The notes: a model not told the origin generated them from the sequence alone. 57,872 nucleotides of DNA from a virus (IMGVR_UViG_3300032315_000356:1-57872); one strand, 5' to 3'. Positions 27,789 to 37,415 are shown, counted from the first letter of the stretch. A program made the numbers and translations.

Positions 27789-27797
27789 AATAAATAC
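27789..27797 (+). promoter_or_regulatory. Late-type promoter
   Basis: AATAAATAC at the head of the internal-protein cluster. Confidence 0.65.
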
Positions 27798-27819
27798 TGT
27801 TAGTAGGATTTTACTCTCA

Positions 27820-28065
27820 ATGCAGAAAAAAACAAAAAGCCTCCTCGAGGAGTTGCAGTCGTATAGCGAGACTCGTGATATCAATCACGTGATCGAATCT
27901 CGTGCATCTAATATTATCACGAGTGCTATCAACTTGATAGAACTAATGCAGCGTAATTATTCTCCTGAAAAAGCAGAACTACTCGAAAAGAAATTGCTTA
28001 GTGCTATCCGAGGCAAAGATCAAGCAAGATTTTCCAAAAGCTTGAGGAAGAAAAATGAAAATTAA
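27820..28065 (+). CDS. Conserved hypothetical protein
   Basis: SD agga; KSLLEEL...IESRA.NII.SAINLIE helical motif. Confidence 0.7.
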   Translation: MQKKTKSLLEELQSYSETRDINHVIESRASNIITSAINLIELMQRNYSPEKAELLEKKLLSAIRGKDQARFSKSLRKKNEN

Positions 28066-28699
28066 TGAAATAGGATTACCCAACATAATCGGAGACGTAG
28101 GTGCTGCTGCATTTAGAAGTAAAGGTCAGCCTGGAACCACAATCAAGTCTCAGATGATTCAGGATATTTTCATCAAAGATTTTGTAGGAGATGCAGCAAC
28201 TTCATTGAGCAATGGAATCTTGGGAGGGTTGATTGACCCAACTGCAAAATCAACTACCACTAGTAATCCACCAATTACATCCGAATCGAGGTATGACAAG
28301 ATGAATCATGTCTTTGAAAGCATTATTAATATCAACGAACAAGCAAAGCTAAGAACAATCAGTGATTTTATGATGGATTGGTTTACTTTGTATATGAAGG
28401 GGGTAAATTGGGAATCGAGCAGAGCAGTTGTTCAACAAAATCTCAACAAATTACAGGATGAATATCCCAGGAACGTAAAAGAAAATCTCACGACTTTAGC
28501 AAGAATTGGACTAGCATTAATAAGTGTTAATGTCGGAAGAACGCCAGCGGGCGCCCCACCGGAATTCAAAAAAGCTCAACAACAAGAACTCGCATCCGTG
28601 GAAGAGCTTAAATCTGACCTCGATAACTTGAGCAATAGCAACCCCCAAGCTTATAATGAATTAGTTAGAGCTTTAAAGCCAGTCAACATCACAGGATAA
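28055..28699 (+). CDS. Putative internal head protein
   Basis: MKINEI N-terminus; internal (I/V)xE sites. Confidence 0.6.
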   Translation: MKINEIGLPNIIGDVGAAAFRSKGQPGTTIKSQMIQDIFIKDFVGDAATSLSNGILGGLIDPTAKSTTTSNPPITSESRYDKMNHVFESIININEQAKLRTISDFMMDWFTLYMKGVNWESSRAVVQQNLNKLQDEYPRNVKENLTTLARIGLALISVNVGRTPAGAPPEFKKAQQQELASVEELKSDLDNLSNSNPQAYNELVRALKPVNITG

Positions 28700-28702
28700 A
28701 TT

Positions 28703-29572
28703 ATGCTTACAGAAGGCGGCTCGATGCCCGGCGTCGGTGCGATTCATATTAGTGAGATCGAACCTACTCTTAAATCATTGGAAAAAGTATTAGGCATCGA
28801 TTTGCGTAATAACACTCTGGGTAGTGTCGGCAAGAAACAGTTCTCGGGTGATATCGATGTCGCCATCGATATCAAGCCAGATGATATTCCTGCCTTTGTT
28901 GAGAAACTAAAGTCTATTCCTGAGATCATGGAACTTGCTAAAAGTTCAGTGATCATGACTAAAGTTAAGATTTCTGGGTATGATCCCGAGAAAGAAGCGC
29001 CAGGAAAGTCACGAACGGGATTTGTTCAAGTTGATTTTATGCCCGGCGATCCAGGTTGGATGAAGACATTCTACCACGCTCCCCATGAGAAAGACTCGAA
29101 ATATAAAGGTGTCTACAGAAATATTTTGATTTCGACAATCGCTGCATTTCTTGATCGCAAAGATTCTGAAGAAAAGATACCAGACGGTAGATCACTGCAA
29201 TCTGAGCGTTATATGTGGAGTTCAGCAGATGGATTAGTCCGTGTCAAAAGAACACCCGAACCTAACAAAAAGGGAGACGGGTACACAAAGAAAAATATCA
29301 ACAAGATCATCGATGGTCCCTACAAGAATCCAGACGAGATCGCCAGAGTACTTAAGCTTGATAATGCAGATGACTTATATTCATATGAGACATTACATAA
29401 GGCAATGGACAAGAATTATCCACCTGAACTAGTCAATAAAATACTAAAAGATTTCGCCAACAACTCAGTGATCAAAGACGCGGGCGTTCCGGATGACATC
29501 AAATCTGGATTATCTGAAGCGAAGATAGGGTCTACCGAATGGTTTAGGATATTACTGGATACCATATTATGA
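28703..29572 (+). CDS. Pol-beta superfamily nucleotidyltransferase, putative virion-packaged
   Basis: LGSVGKKQFSGDIDVAID (GS...DxD) and a third Asp in VQVDFM; N-terminus MLTE-GG. Confidence 0.75.
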   Translation: MLTEGGSMPGVGAIHISEIEPTLKSLEKVLGIDLRNNTLGSVGKKQFSGDIDVAIDIKPDDIPAFVEKLKSIPEIMELAKSSVIMTKVKISGYDPEKEAPGKSRTGFVQVDFMPGDPGWMKTFYHAPHEKDSKYKGVYRNILISTIAAFLDRKDSEEKIPDGRSLQSERYMWSSADGLVRVKRTPEPNKKGDGYTKKNINKIIDGPYKNPDEIARVLKLDNADDLYSYETLHKAMDKNYPPELVNKILKDFANNSVIKDAGVPDDIKSGLSEAKIGSTEWFRILLDTIL

Positions 29573-30702
29573 AGATTAGAGAGATTCTCGGTGAGTCGCG
29601 TATCCTAGCAGAATCAGCTAGAATCCAGCATGCGGAAGATATACTCTTTTGGGAAGGTAGTAAAGGTGCAGTTCGTGCCATCCAAAGTCTAATCAACATG
29701 GAGAAAGGTGGCAATAAAGCTACTACTGTCAAGTGGGATGGAAGTCCCGCTGTTATTTTTGGTAGAGATGACAATGGTGAATTCATATTTACTGACAAAA
29801 GCGGGTTTACTGCCAGAGGATATGATGGCAAAGCTAAATCAGGCAAAGACTTAAAGAACATGTTCTTGAACCGTTCAGGTGGCAAGAACAGAGAGAATCC
29901 TAGTTATGTGAACTTCGCTACGAATATGCAGAACGTTTTCGATGTATTCGCTAGAGCGGTTCCGCGAGATTATAGAGGTTATTTCAAGGGTGACCTGTTG
30001 TACTTCAATACTCCACCGATAGTGAATGGCCATTACGCGTTCAAACCTAATGTAGTAGAATATTATGTTCCGATCAACACTACATTAGGCAAACAGATAG
30101 GTCAATCTAAAGTAGGTGTAGTGATTCATCGTCAGATTGACGATATGGGCAACGAAAGCCCGTTAACGGACGGTAAAGTGTTGCGTAGCGGAGAATTATT
30201 AGTAGTTCCTCCAGTAACAGTAGAACAACCACCGCAGGTAGATATCAACGCAACTAACAAACTGATGTCAATCGCTCGTACACATGGGCGCGATATCGAT
30301 ATGTTGTTGGATGATAGTGAGTTGCGTGAAAAGAAGATAAGTGATTTTGCTAACATACTCTATACTTACGTGAATAGTAAAGTAGACACGGGTCTAGCTA
30401 ACATAGGCGCTGATTTCCAGCAGTGGTTAGCATCCAGTAAAGTAAGTACAGTCAAGCAAGCTAAAATAATCCAGCATATATCTGATAATCTTACAGGCTG
30501 GCAAGCACTATGGACATTGGTTGCAGGCATTATGAATGTAAAGAATGGCATCATCGCACAACTCGATAAGAGTAGTAGTATCAAAGCTACGACTGCAGGT
30601 CAAGAAGGTGGTGAAGGATATGTCATCGCGGATCCACAAGGAGATATCAAACTTGTAAATCGTAGCGGATTTACTGCGGCCAATCGTGCGGTTCAAAGGT
30701 AA
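29569..30702 (+). CDS. Ligase/covalent nucleotidyltransferase-like protein, putative virion-packaged
   Basis: TVKWDGSPA (KxDG motif I), KGDLLY, EGYVI (motif IV), IKLVNR (motif V); N-terminus MKIREILGE-SRILAE-S. Confidence 0.7.
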   Translation: MKIREILGESRILAESARIQHAEDILFWEGSKGAVRAIQSLINMEKGGNKATTVKWDGSPAVIFGRDDNGEFIFTDKSGFTARGYDGKAKSGKDLKNMFLNRSGGKNRENPSYVNFATNMQNVFDVFARAVPRDYRGYFKGDLLYFNTPPIVNGHYAFKPNVVEYYVPINTTLGKQIGQSKVGVVIHRQIDDMGNESPLTDGKVLRSGELLVVPPVTVEQPPQVDINATNKLMSIARTHGRDIDMLLDDSELREKKISDFANILYTYVNSKVDTGLANIGADFQQWLASSKVSTVKQAKIIQHISDNLTGWQALWTLVAGIMNVKNGIIAQLDKSSSIKATTAGQEGGEGYVIADPQGDIKLVNRSGFTAANRAVQR

Positions 30703-30735
30703 ATCATACCCAAATCCGATTTTTTTTACATTAGG

Positions 30736-30743
30736 CATAAATA
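30736..30743 (+). promoter_or_regulatory. Late-type promoter
   Basis: CATAAATA. Confidence 0.7.
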
Positions 30744-30786
30744 TCATTATGAGTCAATGAACTCACTTTTTTAAAGGAATATTGAT

Positions 30787-31200
30787 ATGGCACAATTCAC
30801 ACGTACAAACGGCGACTTCAAGCCAGTAATGAATATGGACTCCCCAGCATACACCAACACTGGTGTTAACGCTGTTACATCGGCTGCATCTGTCCAGCCA
30901 CAGGGCCCAAAGCTCGAATTCTTCACTATCGTTGCAGCTTCTACTAGTGCATTCAGCACAACACAAGTAAACGTCATCGTTCAGACTGTTCAGCAAAAAG
31001 CAACTATCTATATGTATGAGTTTACTACTGCTGGTCCTGATACTATAGCATTCGCTGTTTATCCAGTCGGCGTTTGGGCTACAGTTGACGCTACTTATGG
31101 TGCAAATGCTAACGTTGTTGCAGCAGTCAATGCTGCACTTACTGCCGCTTCAGTTGCCAACACTACAACTGGTCTTGCGACTGCAACCTTCACTAACTAA
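30787..31200 (+). CDS. Probable abundant small structural protein (decoration-like)
   Basis: Own late promoter, SD aagga and own strong terminator; Ala/Thr-rich with optimised codons. Confidence 0.65.
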   Translation: MAQFTRTNGDFKPVMNMDSPAYTNTGVNAVTSAASVQPQGPKLEFFTIVAASTSAFSTTQVNVIVQTVQQKATIYMYEFTTAGPDTIAFAVYPVGVWATVDATYGANANVVAAVNAALTAASVANTTTGLATATFTN

Positions 31201-31221
31201 GCTTAGCTAGACATAAAACCG

Positions 31222-31255
31222 AAAACCCGAGAATAATTTATTCTCGGGTTTTTTT
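31222..31255 (+). terminator. Rho-independent terminator
   Basis: aaaacccgagaata/tattctcgggtttt hairpin followed by a T run. Confidence 0.92.
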
Positions 31256-31272
31256 ATGCTCTAAATATATCT

Positions 31273-31710
31273 ATGTCACATCGCATCAGTTGCCTTACAC
31301 TGTTTGATATTACACATACCGGAGTAATGAATAGAAGTAAACCTACCCCGGATGATATTGACAACTGGATGCACCGGCGTAATACGCAATGTAATTTTGA
31401 TACTTTATTGCAAGTTATATCATTGCGTTCACAGCCCGAAGTAATTAAAATGCCAAATAAGATAAGCATTCACGAAGCAGAATTTGAGAAGTTTGGGGTT
31501 TTATATAGAAACAGCCCCAGACACTATTGGAAATTTGAATTTGAAGTACAGCATTCTAATGTTTTCGAGAATGGAATTGTTCCGTTAGGAGCGTTGTATA
31601 AGGACTGCGACGGCGTACCGATGATAAGATGCAATGGGCAAGAAGATACGCTACCTGCATTTTTGGACACTTCAGACGAGTTAAAGAACATCTATTTTGA
31701 GGTAGTATAA
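31273..31710 (+). CDS. Conserved hypothetical protein (probably leaderless late mRNA)
   Basis: CTAAATA at 31261-31267; TLFDITHTG...N.DTLLQVISLRSQP motif. Confidence 0.7.
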   Translation: MSHRISCLTLFDITHTGVMNRSKPTPDDIDNWMHRRNTQCNFDTLLQVISLRSQPEVIKMPNKISIHEAEFEKFGVLYRNSPRHYWKFEFEVQHSNVFENGIVPLGALYKDCDGVPMIRCNGQEDTLPAFLDTSDELKNIYFEVV

Positions 31711-32189
31711 TGCACAATGCGATAAAACTCGATCATTTTTTTATGTCAGAACTTAGCTCTGATCTTAAGCATATAATCATCACGTATGACAAAAAAGGAA
31801 CCTATGAGCTATATGGAAAATATATCATTGTTCTTGCAGAGTCTGGCTACTATAGAGTAAAGTCCAACGTCATGCCAAAACCAATTGAGTTCGCTACGCT
31901 TAGGAATGCGACTATCTGGTGTGTGTTACACAACGAACGTAAATATCGAGAAGCAGAAAAGTTCGAAATGTTAGATTTGAAACTATGCAGCATCGAAACT
32001 GAGATCGCCATACACAAACGTTTGATCAAGATGTCCAATACTACTGAGTCCAAATTCATATACACCGTGAAACTTCAACAAGACAGGACCAAACGTAGAG
32101 GTATTCTCAACGAACTCACCTATTATATAAATAGCTGTAAGTACATCCAGTCTACTAGGTTTAAAAAACTCAAACGCCCAACTTTTTAG
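31710..32189 (+). CDS. Hypothetical protein
   Basis: TAATG coupling. Confidence 0.65.
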   Translation: MHNAIKLDHFFMSELSSDLKHIIITYDKKGTYELYGKYIIVLAESGYYRVKSNVMPKPIEFATLRNATIWCVLHNERKYREAEKFEMLDLKLCSIETEIAIHKRLIKMSNTTESKFIYTVKLQQDRTKRRGILNELTYYINSCKYIQSTRFKKLKRPTF

Positions 32190-32198
32190 ACTAGGTGT

Positions 32199-32207
32199 GA
32201 TAAATAC
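32199..32207 (+). promoter_or_regulatory. Late-type promoter
   Basis: GATAAATAC. Confidence 0.75.
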
Positions 32208-32234
32208 TATATCAACACGGGAAGAGTACCACTC

Positions 32235-32930
32235 ATGAAACTAAATGATTTTGACAAAAAGAACGTTGCAGCCAGAGCATTGCACGAGTCTTTTGCTATG
32301 AATTTTGATGTATCTAACTTAGACCGAGCAAAGACTCGTGTAATGCTTAACAAAGTAAATAGCCTCATCAACGAATCTAGAAGATCACCTAAATTTCATA
32401 CAGCCCTGAACGATCCAACTTATCTGAAGTTGAAGTTTATGGAACAAGTACTATCTCAGCACTTGAGGACAGCTAAGACTCCTCGTATCGTATTCGAAAA
32501 CGAAGAAGTAAATAGATCACAAGTTATTCTTGCTGCACAAGACATGGTCGACTCGATTCAGAAGTATTATGAAGATGTTAATGATATGCTCGTCAAAGAA
32601 TTACCTGCCATCATTGACTCGATTCAATCTGAAATCGGAGTTACCGAAAGCGATGCATACAACCAACAGGCATATGGCGCGTTGACGACACTTAACGCTG
32701 CACTTCAGGCAGCAAAAACCGCAATGACAGATGCACTTAACGGCCTAACTGGTCAAGGCAACATGAACGAATTCGGAAGCGAACCTGGTATGGGGGACGA
32801 AGAAGTAGATATAGATTTTGATTTGGACGACGAAGCTCCTGCAGAGGAAGAACTTCCTCCGATGCCTGATCTAGGTAGCCCAGAAGAACCAAATGATTCG
32901 ATGGGCAACGTAGGAAGAATGAAGCGATAA
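32235..32930 (+). CDS. Putative prohead core/scaffold-like protein
   Basis: Helical with LHE-S, INE-S and VFE-N sites, an acidic Pro-rich tail and a GRMKR end; late promoter. Confidence 0.55.
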   Translation: MKLNDFDKKNVAARALHESFAMNFDVSNLDRAKTRVMLNKVNSLINESRRSPKFHTALNDPTYLKLKFMEQVLSQHLRTAKTPRIVFENEEVNRSQVILAAQDMVDSIQKYYEDVNDMLVKELPAIIDSIQSEIGVTESDAYNQQAYGALTTLNAALQAAKTAMTDALNGLTGQGNMNEFGSEPGMGDEEVDIDFDLDDEAPAEEELPPMPDLGSPEEPNDSMGNVGRMKR

Positions 32931-32934
32931 TCAA

Positions 32935-33264
32935 ATGCTTCTTTTTGAACTAGATCAAGACCGAACTGTCGTTGATAAGATCATAGTATTGACTAATCAA
33001 TTAGCACAGGATCTCAAAGACGGTGAACTCGGAGACGATTATACCGTAGACGACCTATTAAACTATTTTCAAAATTACGACGTTATTCTTGATGTCGAAG
33101 ACTTGTATGGAATGATCAAGGTTCCTCCTTTAAAGGACCTGATTAAGAACATTCAAGGAGACGCAATAGTATTTAAAGGACAGCAGGGAGCACCTGCTCC
33201 GACATTACCCGACAGTGACGCTAACAAAACAGTCGCTAAAATGGCTAAAAGAGCAATGAAATAA
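32935..33264 (+). CDS. Hypothetical head-associated protein
   Basis: MLLFEL N-terminus; V.KMAKRA C-terminus. Confidence 0.6.
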   Translation: MLLFELDQDRTVVDKIIVLTNQLAQDLKDGELGDDYTVDDLLNYFQNYDVILDVEDLYGMIKVPPLKDLIKNIQGDAIVFKGQQGAPAPTLPDSDANKTVAKMAKRAMK

Positions 33265-33267
33265 AAC

Positions 33268-33296
33268 TTGACTTTTGCAATAATTTGATCTATACT
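33268..33296 (+). promoter_or_regulatory. sigma70-type promoter
   Basis: TTGACT-17bp-TATACT; ATG at 33306 with no SD. Confidence 0.8.
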
Positions 33297-33305
33297 ATAG
33301 AATAA

Positions 33306-33626
33306 ATGATTACATTAACTAGCCACGCCGAAGAAAAAATCAAACAACATCTATCGAAGCATGACTCTGGTATAGGCATCAGAGTCAGTGTGAAAACTAC
33401 CGGATGTTCTGGATTATCTTACGTACTAGATTACGTCGAGGTTGCAACAAGCACAGACATTGCGCTTGCTCAAAATGGATTTGTCTTGTTTGTTGATCCT
33501 AAATCAGTCGAGTACTTGACCGGAACAATCATAGATTACGTACAGAAAAACTTCGATTCGAAGTTTAGCTTTATAAACCCCAATGCAACCGATTATTGTG
33601 GTTGCGGAGAAAGTTTCACCATTTAA
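33306..33626 (+). CDS. iscA: A-type Fe-S cluster carrier (IscA/HesB family)
   Basis: MITLT..A, TGCSGLSY, IDY, F.F.NPN, CGCGESF. Confidence 0.92.
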   Translation: MITLTSHAEEKIKQHLSKHDSGIGIRVSVKTTGCSGLSYVLDYVEVATSTDIALAQNGFVLFVDPKSVEYLTGTIIDYVQKNFDSKFSFINPNATDYCGCGESFTI

Positions 33627-34340
33627 ATGGCACTAATTAGCAAATTTCCATACGCTGCGATGGAGAAGGTAGAAGTCGACGGCAAGCGTCGGTATCTCAC
33701 TCCCGACGGCAACAAAGTTCCTAGTGTAACGACTATCTTAGAGGCAACAAAATCTGAGGAATCTAAACAAGCTCTACAGAATTGGCGAAACAATGTAGGT
33801 CATAAGAGAGCAATAGAGATCACTACAGAAGCTGCCAATCGAGGAACTAGGATGCACAAGTGGATCGAAAACTACATCAAAGATGATGACCCTGGTTCAC
33901 CGGGCAGTAATCCATATAGTCAGCAAAGCCATCTGATGGCAACCCAGATCATCGAACATGGATTAGTAAACTGCGACGAATATTGGGGTACTGAAGTTGC
34001 ATTATATTTTCCCGAAGTTTATGCAGGCACTACTGATTTGTGCGGAATACATGCCGGTGCAGAAGCTATCATGGATCATAAACAATCAAACAAAGTAAAG
34101 AAGCGCGAATGGATCGACGACTACTTTGTTCAGACTGCTGCATATGGAACTGCACATAATGAAGTGTACAATACCAAGATACGTAAAGGCGTTATCTTTA
34201 TGTGCGTCAAGCCAGAACTAATAAACAACGTTTGGACTAAACCACAGTACATCGAGTTCGTTATCGAAGGTAATGAATACGATAAGTATCAGGATATGTG
34301 GTATAAGCGATTAGAACAATACTATTCTAAATTCGTTTAA
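33627..34340 (+). CDS. PD-(D/E)XK exonuclease
   Basis: PSVTTIL, RGTRMH, YAGTTD, DHKQS, Q.AAY. Confidence 0.85.
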   Translation: MALISKFPYAAMEKVEVDGKRRYLTPDGNKVPSVTTILEATKSEESKQALQNWRNNVGHKRAIEITTEAANRGTRMHKWIENYIKDDDPGSPGSNPYSQQSHLMATQIIEHGLVNCDEYWGTEVALYFPEVYAGTTDLCGIHAGAEAIMDHKQSNKVKKREWIDDYFVQTAAYGTAHNEVYNTKIRKGVIFMCVKPELINNVWTKPQYIEFVIEGNEYDKYQDMWYKRLEQYYSKFV

Positions 34341-34358
34341 GGGTTTCGTCCCACTTGA

Positions 34359-34367
34359 GATAAATAC
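34359..34367 (+). promoter_or_regulatory. Late-type promoter
   Basis: GATAAATAC. Confidence 0.75.
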
Positions 34368-34393
34368 GTATAATCAAGGATTAGGTTATACGT

Positions 34394-34615
34394 ATGATCG
34401 TTTACAAAACCACCAATAATTTATTAGGTAAGTGTTTTATTGGCAAAGATGCTAATAATCTCCGATCCTATTTGGGGGCTGTCAAGGCTCTACCCAATGC
34501 CGTCAACACTCACGGCAAAGAAAATTTTGAAAAAAATACGCTAGAAAACGATAGTATAGAACTACTGTCTATTGACGGGAAACGAATTCGGTCTTATAAA
34601 GAGGATAATTTATAA
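34394..34615 (+). pseudogene. Degenerate GIY-YIG (Seg-like) homing endonuclease remnant
   Basis: MIVYKTTN..LGKCFIGK....YLGAVKAL.NAV..HGKENF.K..LE matches the Seg pattern IYKTTNLING K.YIG...YLGSG..L..AI.KYG.ENF.KEILE, but with YIG>FIG, GSG>GAV and truncation at 73 aa. Confidence 0.75.
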
Positions 34616-37233
34616 TGGCCATCTTGCAAATCTCTAGGATACAGCATCGATCAGGCAATCAAGTTGACTTACCGCAGTTAGCTGAAGCCGAATTAGGATG
34701 GGCAACCGATACCAAACGACTTTTTATCGGTAAAACTACACCTAACGAAAATATCGAAGTGATGACTGCTTATTCGAATATAAGTTTTAGTCAAATCACA
34801 GGTGCGATAGGCAACTTAAATATAAATCCAGTAACACTAGCGAACGGGCAAGCTCTCGTGTACGATGGCTCGAATTGGGTCAATCGCGGCGGCAATGCAG
34901 GCGGCTTGATCACGCTGGGAAACGTGTCAAATGTTAATATCGAAGGCGGCGGCATTGGATACGTGCTAGAAACAGACGGTCTAGGAAATCTATCTTGGAC
35001 TCCTAAGTCAACCATTGTAGCCTATATTCAAAATGTAACGAAAGCTAACCCTGCAGTAGTCACCACTACACAAGACAATTTTTTCACCGATGGCGCTGCA
35101 ATTACGATTACTAATGCAGTGGGGATGACCCAGTTAAATGGTAATTCTTATTATGCCAACGTGTTGACTTCTAATACTTTTTCGCTATATACTGATTCTT
35201 CTCTAACTACTCCTGCAAATTCATCTGCGTACACTGCATATGGCTATACAACTGTAAGTGCTACTACGGTAAACACTAATCTTATTACAGTTGCAGCAAA
35301 CGTACAAGCACTGTTGACGGTCAATGCCCCAGTCAGATTTACTGGAAATATCGCAGCTAATTCGGGTGGCAATCTAACAGGATTGCTTCCTAACGTAACG
35401 TATTATGTAAAATCTACACCTAGTACTACTACGATGACAGTATCTAGTGAATTGCTAGCCAATGGAGTAGCTGGAAACATAGTAGTACTATCAACCGCTA
35501 CTAGTTTATCGGCCGCTGTTTATCAAGAGGGCGGCCGAGCCGTATCGTTTGCGATTGCCGGCAATAGTGTTGGTGCAGGCGGTTCCAACTCGACTATTCA
35601 ATACAACAACACCAATCTATTAGACGGCGACCCCGATTTCACATACAATGATTCTACCAAATTACTAACTTTAAACGGCAATGCTAATGTAGGCAACTTA
35701 AATGCAACTGGTGTATTGACGGCCACTAGATACATTTCTAATATAGCAACTGGTACTGCTCCATTATCTGTTACTTCAACCACGCAAGTAGCCAATCTCA
35801 ATGTTGCTACTTCTGGTTCAGTAGTTAACGGCAATTCGAATGTTACTATTCCCGCAGCAAATGGCAATGTCAACATCAGTGCGGCAGGGAATGCCAATAT
35901 TGTTGTTGTAACTGGTACTGGTGCAAACGTTGCTGGCACGTTAAGAGCGACCGGTAATGCTAACGTCGGCAATATCGGTGCTACTACGGCGATCTTTACT
36001 ACAGGAAACATCACTACTATCAACAGTGGTCTGTTGCAGAACGGCAACTCAAATATAAATATCGCTCCAAACAGCAGTATTACATTCTGGGCTGTGGGCG
36101 TACCAAGATTCGTGGTGGGTTCGGATGGGGCTAACGTCACCGGTACATTTGGCGTGTCAGGCAGCGCGAATATTGGCCAATTCTTAGCTGCTGAGCAATT
36201 ACGTGCAACTGCAAACGTAACTGCCCCGCAACTCATCTCTAACATAGCAACTGGTACTGCCCCATTCGTAGTGACTTCAACTACACAGGTAGCAAATCTA
36301 AGCGTGGCTACTGCCGGCGCCGCAACAAACGCAGCAGCATTATTGCAAAACTCATCAAGTGCAACTACGGTTTATCCAACCTTTACTACATCAAGTGCAA
36401 ACGGTAACTCAAGTGCAGTATTTAATACGGCTATTAGTGCAAACTTAGCAAACGGTGCTATTATAGCAACGACATTTGTAGGTAACGTAACAGGTAACAT
36501 TAGCGGTACGTTGACTGCTCCGGGTTCAAATACTCAGGTAATATTTAATGACACCGGTAACGCAAACGCTACATCAGGGTTGACATTTAACAAATCTACT
36601 AATCTTCTCACCGTTACCGGAAACGTTAGCGGTGGCAATCTAACAACGGCAGGAGTACTGAGTGTTACCGGTAATGCTAATGTTGGCAACATCGGTGCTA
36701 CTACGGCGATCTTTACTACAGGCAACATCACTACCATCAACAGTGGATTATTGCAGAACGGCAACTCGAACGTAACTATTACAGCGAATGCTAACGTAAC
36801 TATCAATGCTGTGGGCGGAGCAAGAATCATTGCTACCTCAACTGGTGCTAACATCACCGGCACGTTGGGGGTGTCAGCCAACATTTCGGGTTCAAACGTG
36901 ATTGCATCTGCTTATCTTATTCGGTCAGTAGGAACAGGTATCGCAGCAGCAGGAACTACCCAAGGTACTGCTACGGCAATCAACAAAGAACTTAATCTCA
37001 TCAGCAGTGTTCCGTCTACTGCAAATGGAATCGTTTTGCCGACGGCAGTTGCTGGTATGGTACTTACTATCACTAACTCGACTGCGAATGCAATGCTCGT
37101 CTATCCAGCATCCGGTGCAGCAATCAATAGTCTTGCAACTAATGCGGCATTTACTCACACTGCCGGTGCAACACTGCAATTCGTCGCCCCTACTACTACT
37201 CAGTGGTACTCAGTCGGCGCAACATACGCTTAA
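34615..37233 (+). CDS. Tail fibre-like protein with Mtd-N-like N-terminus
   Basis: RIQHRSG...LPQLAEAELGWATDTKRLFIG, an FCCH-like domain (VTKANPAVVTT...GMTQLNGNSYY) and Asn/Gly/Thr repeats shared with the first gene. Confidence 0.8.
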   Translation: MAILQISRIQHRSGNQVDLPQLAEAELGWATDTKRLFIGKTTPNENIEVMTAYSNISFSQITGAIGNLNINPVTLANGQALVYDGSNWVNRGGNAGGLITLGNVSNVNIEGGGIGYVLETDGLGNLSWTPKSTIVAYIQNVTKANPAVVTTTQDNFFTDGAAITITNAVGMTQLNGNSYYANVLTSNTFSLYTDSSLTTPANSSAYTAYGYTTVSATTVNTNLITVAANVQALLTVNAPVRFTGNIAANSGGNLTGLLPNVTYYVKSTPSTTTMTVSSELLANGVAGNIVVLSTATSLSAAVYQEGGRAVSFAIAGNSVGAGGSNSTIQYNNTNLLDGDPDFTYNDSTKLLTLNGNANVGNLNATGVLTATRYISNIATGTAPLSVTSTTQVANLNVATSGSVVNGNSNVTIPAANGNVNISAAGNANIVVVTGTGANVAGTLRATGNANVGNIGATTAIFTTGNITTINSGLLQNGNSNINIAPNSSITFWAVGVPRFVVGSDGANVTGTFGVSGSANIGQFLAAEQLRATANVTAPQLISNIATGTAPFVVTSTTQVANLSVATAGAATNAAALLQNSSSATTVYPTFTTSSANGNSSAVFNTAISANLANGAIIATTFVGNVTGNISGTLTAPGSNTQVIFNDTGNANATSGLTFNKSTNLLTVTGNVSGGNLTTAGVLSVTGNANVGNIGATTAIFTTGNITTINSGLLQNGNSNVTITANANVTINAVGGARIIATSTGANITGTLGVSANISGSNVIASAYLIRSVGTGIAAAGTTQGTATAINKELNLISSVPSTANGIVLPTAVAGMVLTITNSTANAMLVYPASGAAINSLATNAAFTHTAGATLQFVAPTTTQWYSVGATYA
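36721..36877 (+). repeat. Dispersed repeat shared with 445-601; partial copy at about 35950-36052
   Basis: actaccatcaacagtggattattgcagaacggcaactc and ggagcaagaatcattgctacctcaac occur in both fibre genes. Confidence 0.9.
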
Positions 37234-37247
37234 GAAAGGAATTACTA

Positions 37248-37415
37248 ATGGCTAAATCAAATATCGGCTCATCCGGTGGAAATAAAATCAGTTTTTCAAA
37301 TCAAACGAAGGGTAAAACTACCATTGGCGGAAACCCATCATCAATAAAATTCAGTACTATGAATAAGCAGACGCGCCGAAGCTTTAAACCTAGTCGCGGT
37401 CAAGGCAACCCATAA
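37248..37415 (+). CDS. Small basic protein
   Basis: SD aagga; KTTIG...STMNK..RRS.K..RGQG motif. Confidence 0.7.
   Translation: MAKSNIGSSGGNKISFSNQTKGKTTIGGNPSSIKFSTMNKQTRRSFKPSRGQGNP

Noticed and set aside
33627-34340. Cas4 assignment for the nuclease beside iscA
   Set aside because: It lacks the one-plus-three Cys Fe-S arrangement of Cas4; a generic phage PD-(D/E)XK exonuclease fits better.
34615-37233. Diversity-generating retroelement suggested by the Mtd-N-like domain
   Set aside because: No reverse transcriptase, no template/variable repeat pair differing at adenines, and no C-type lectin tip in the window.
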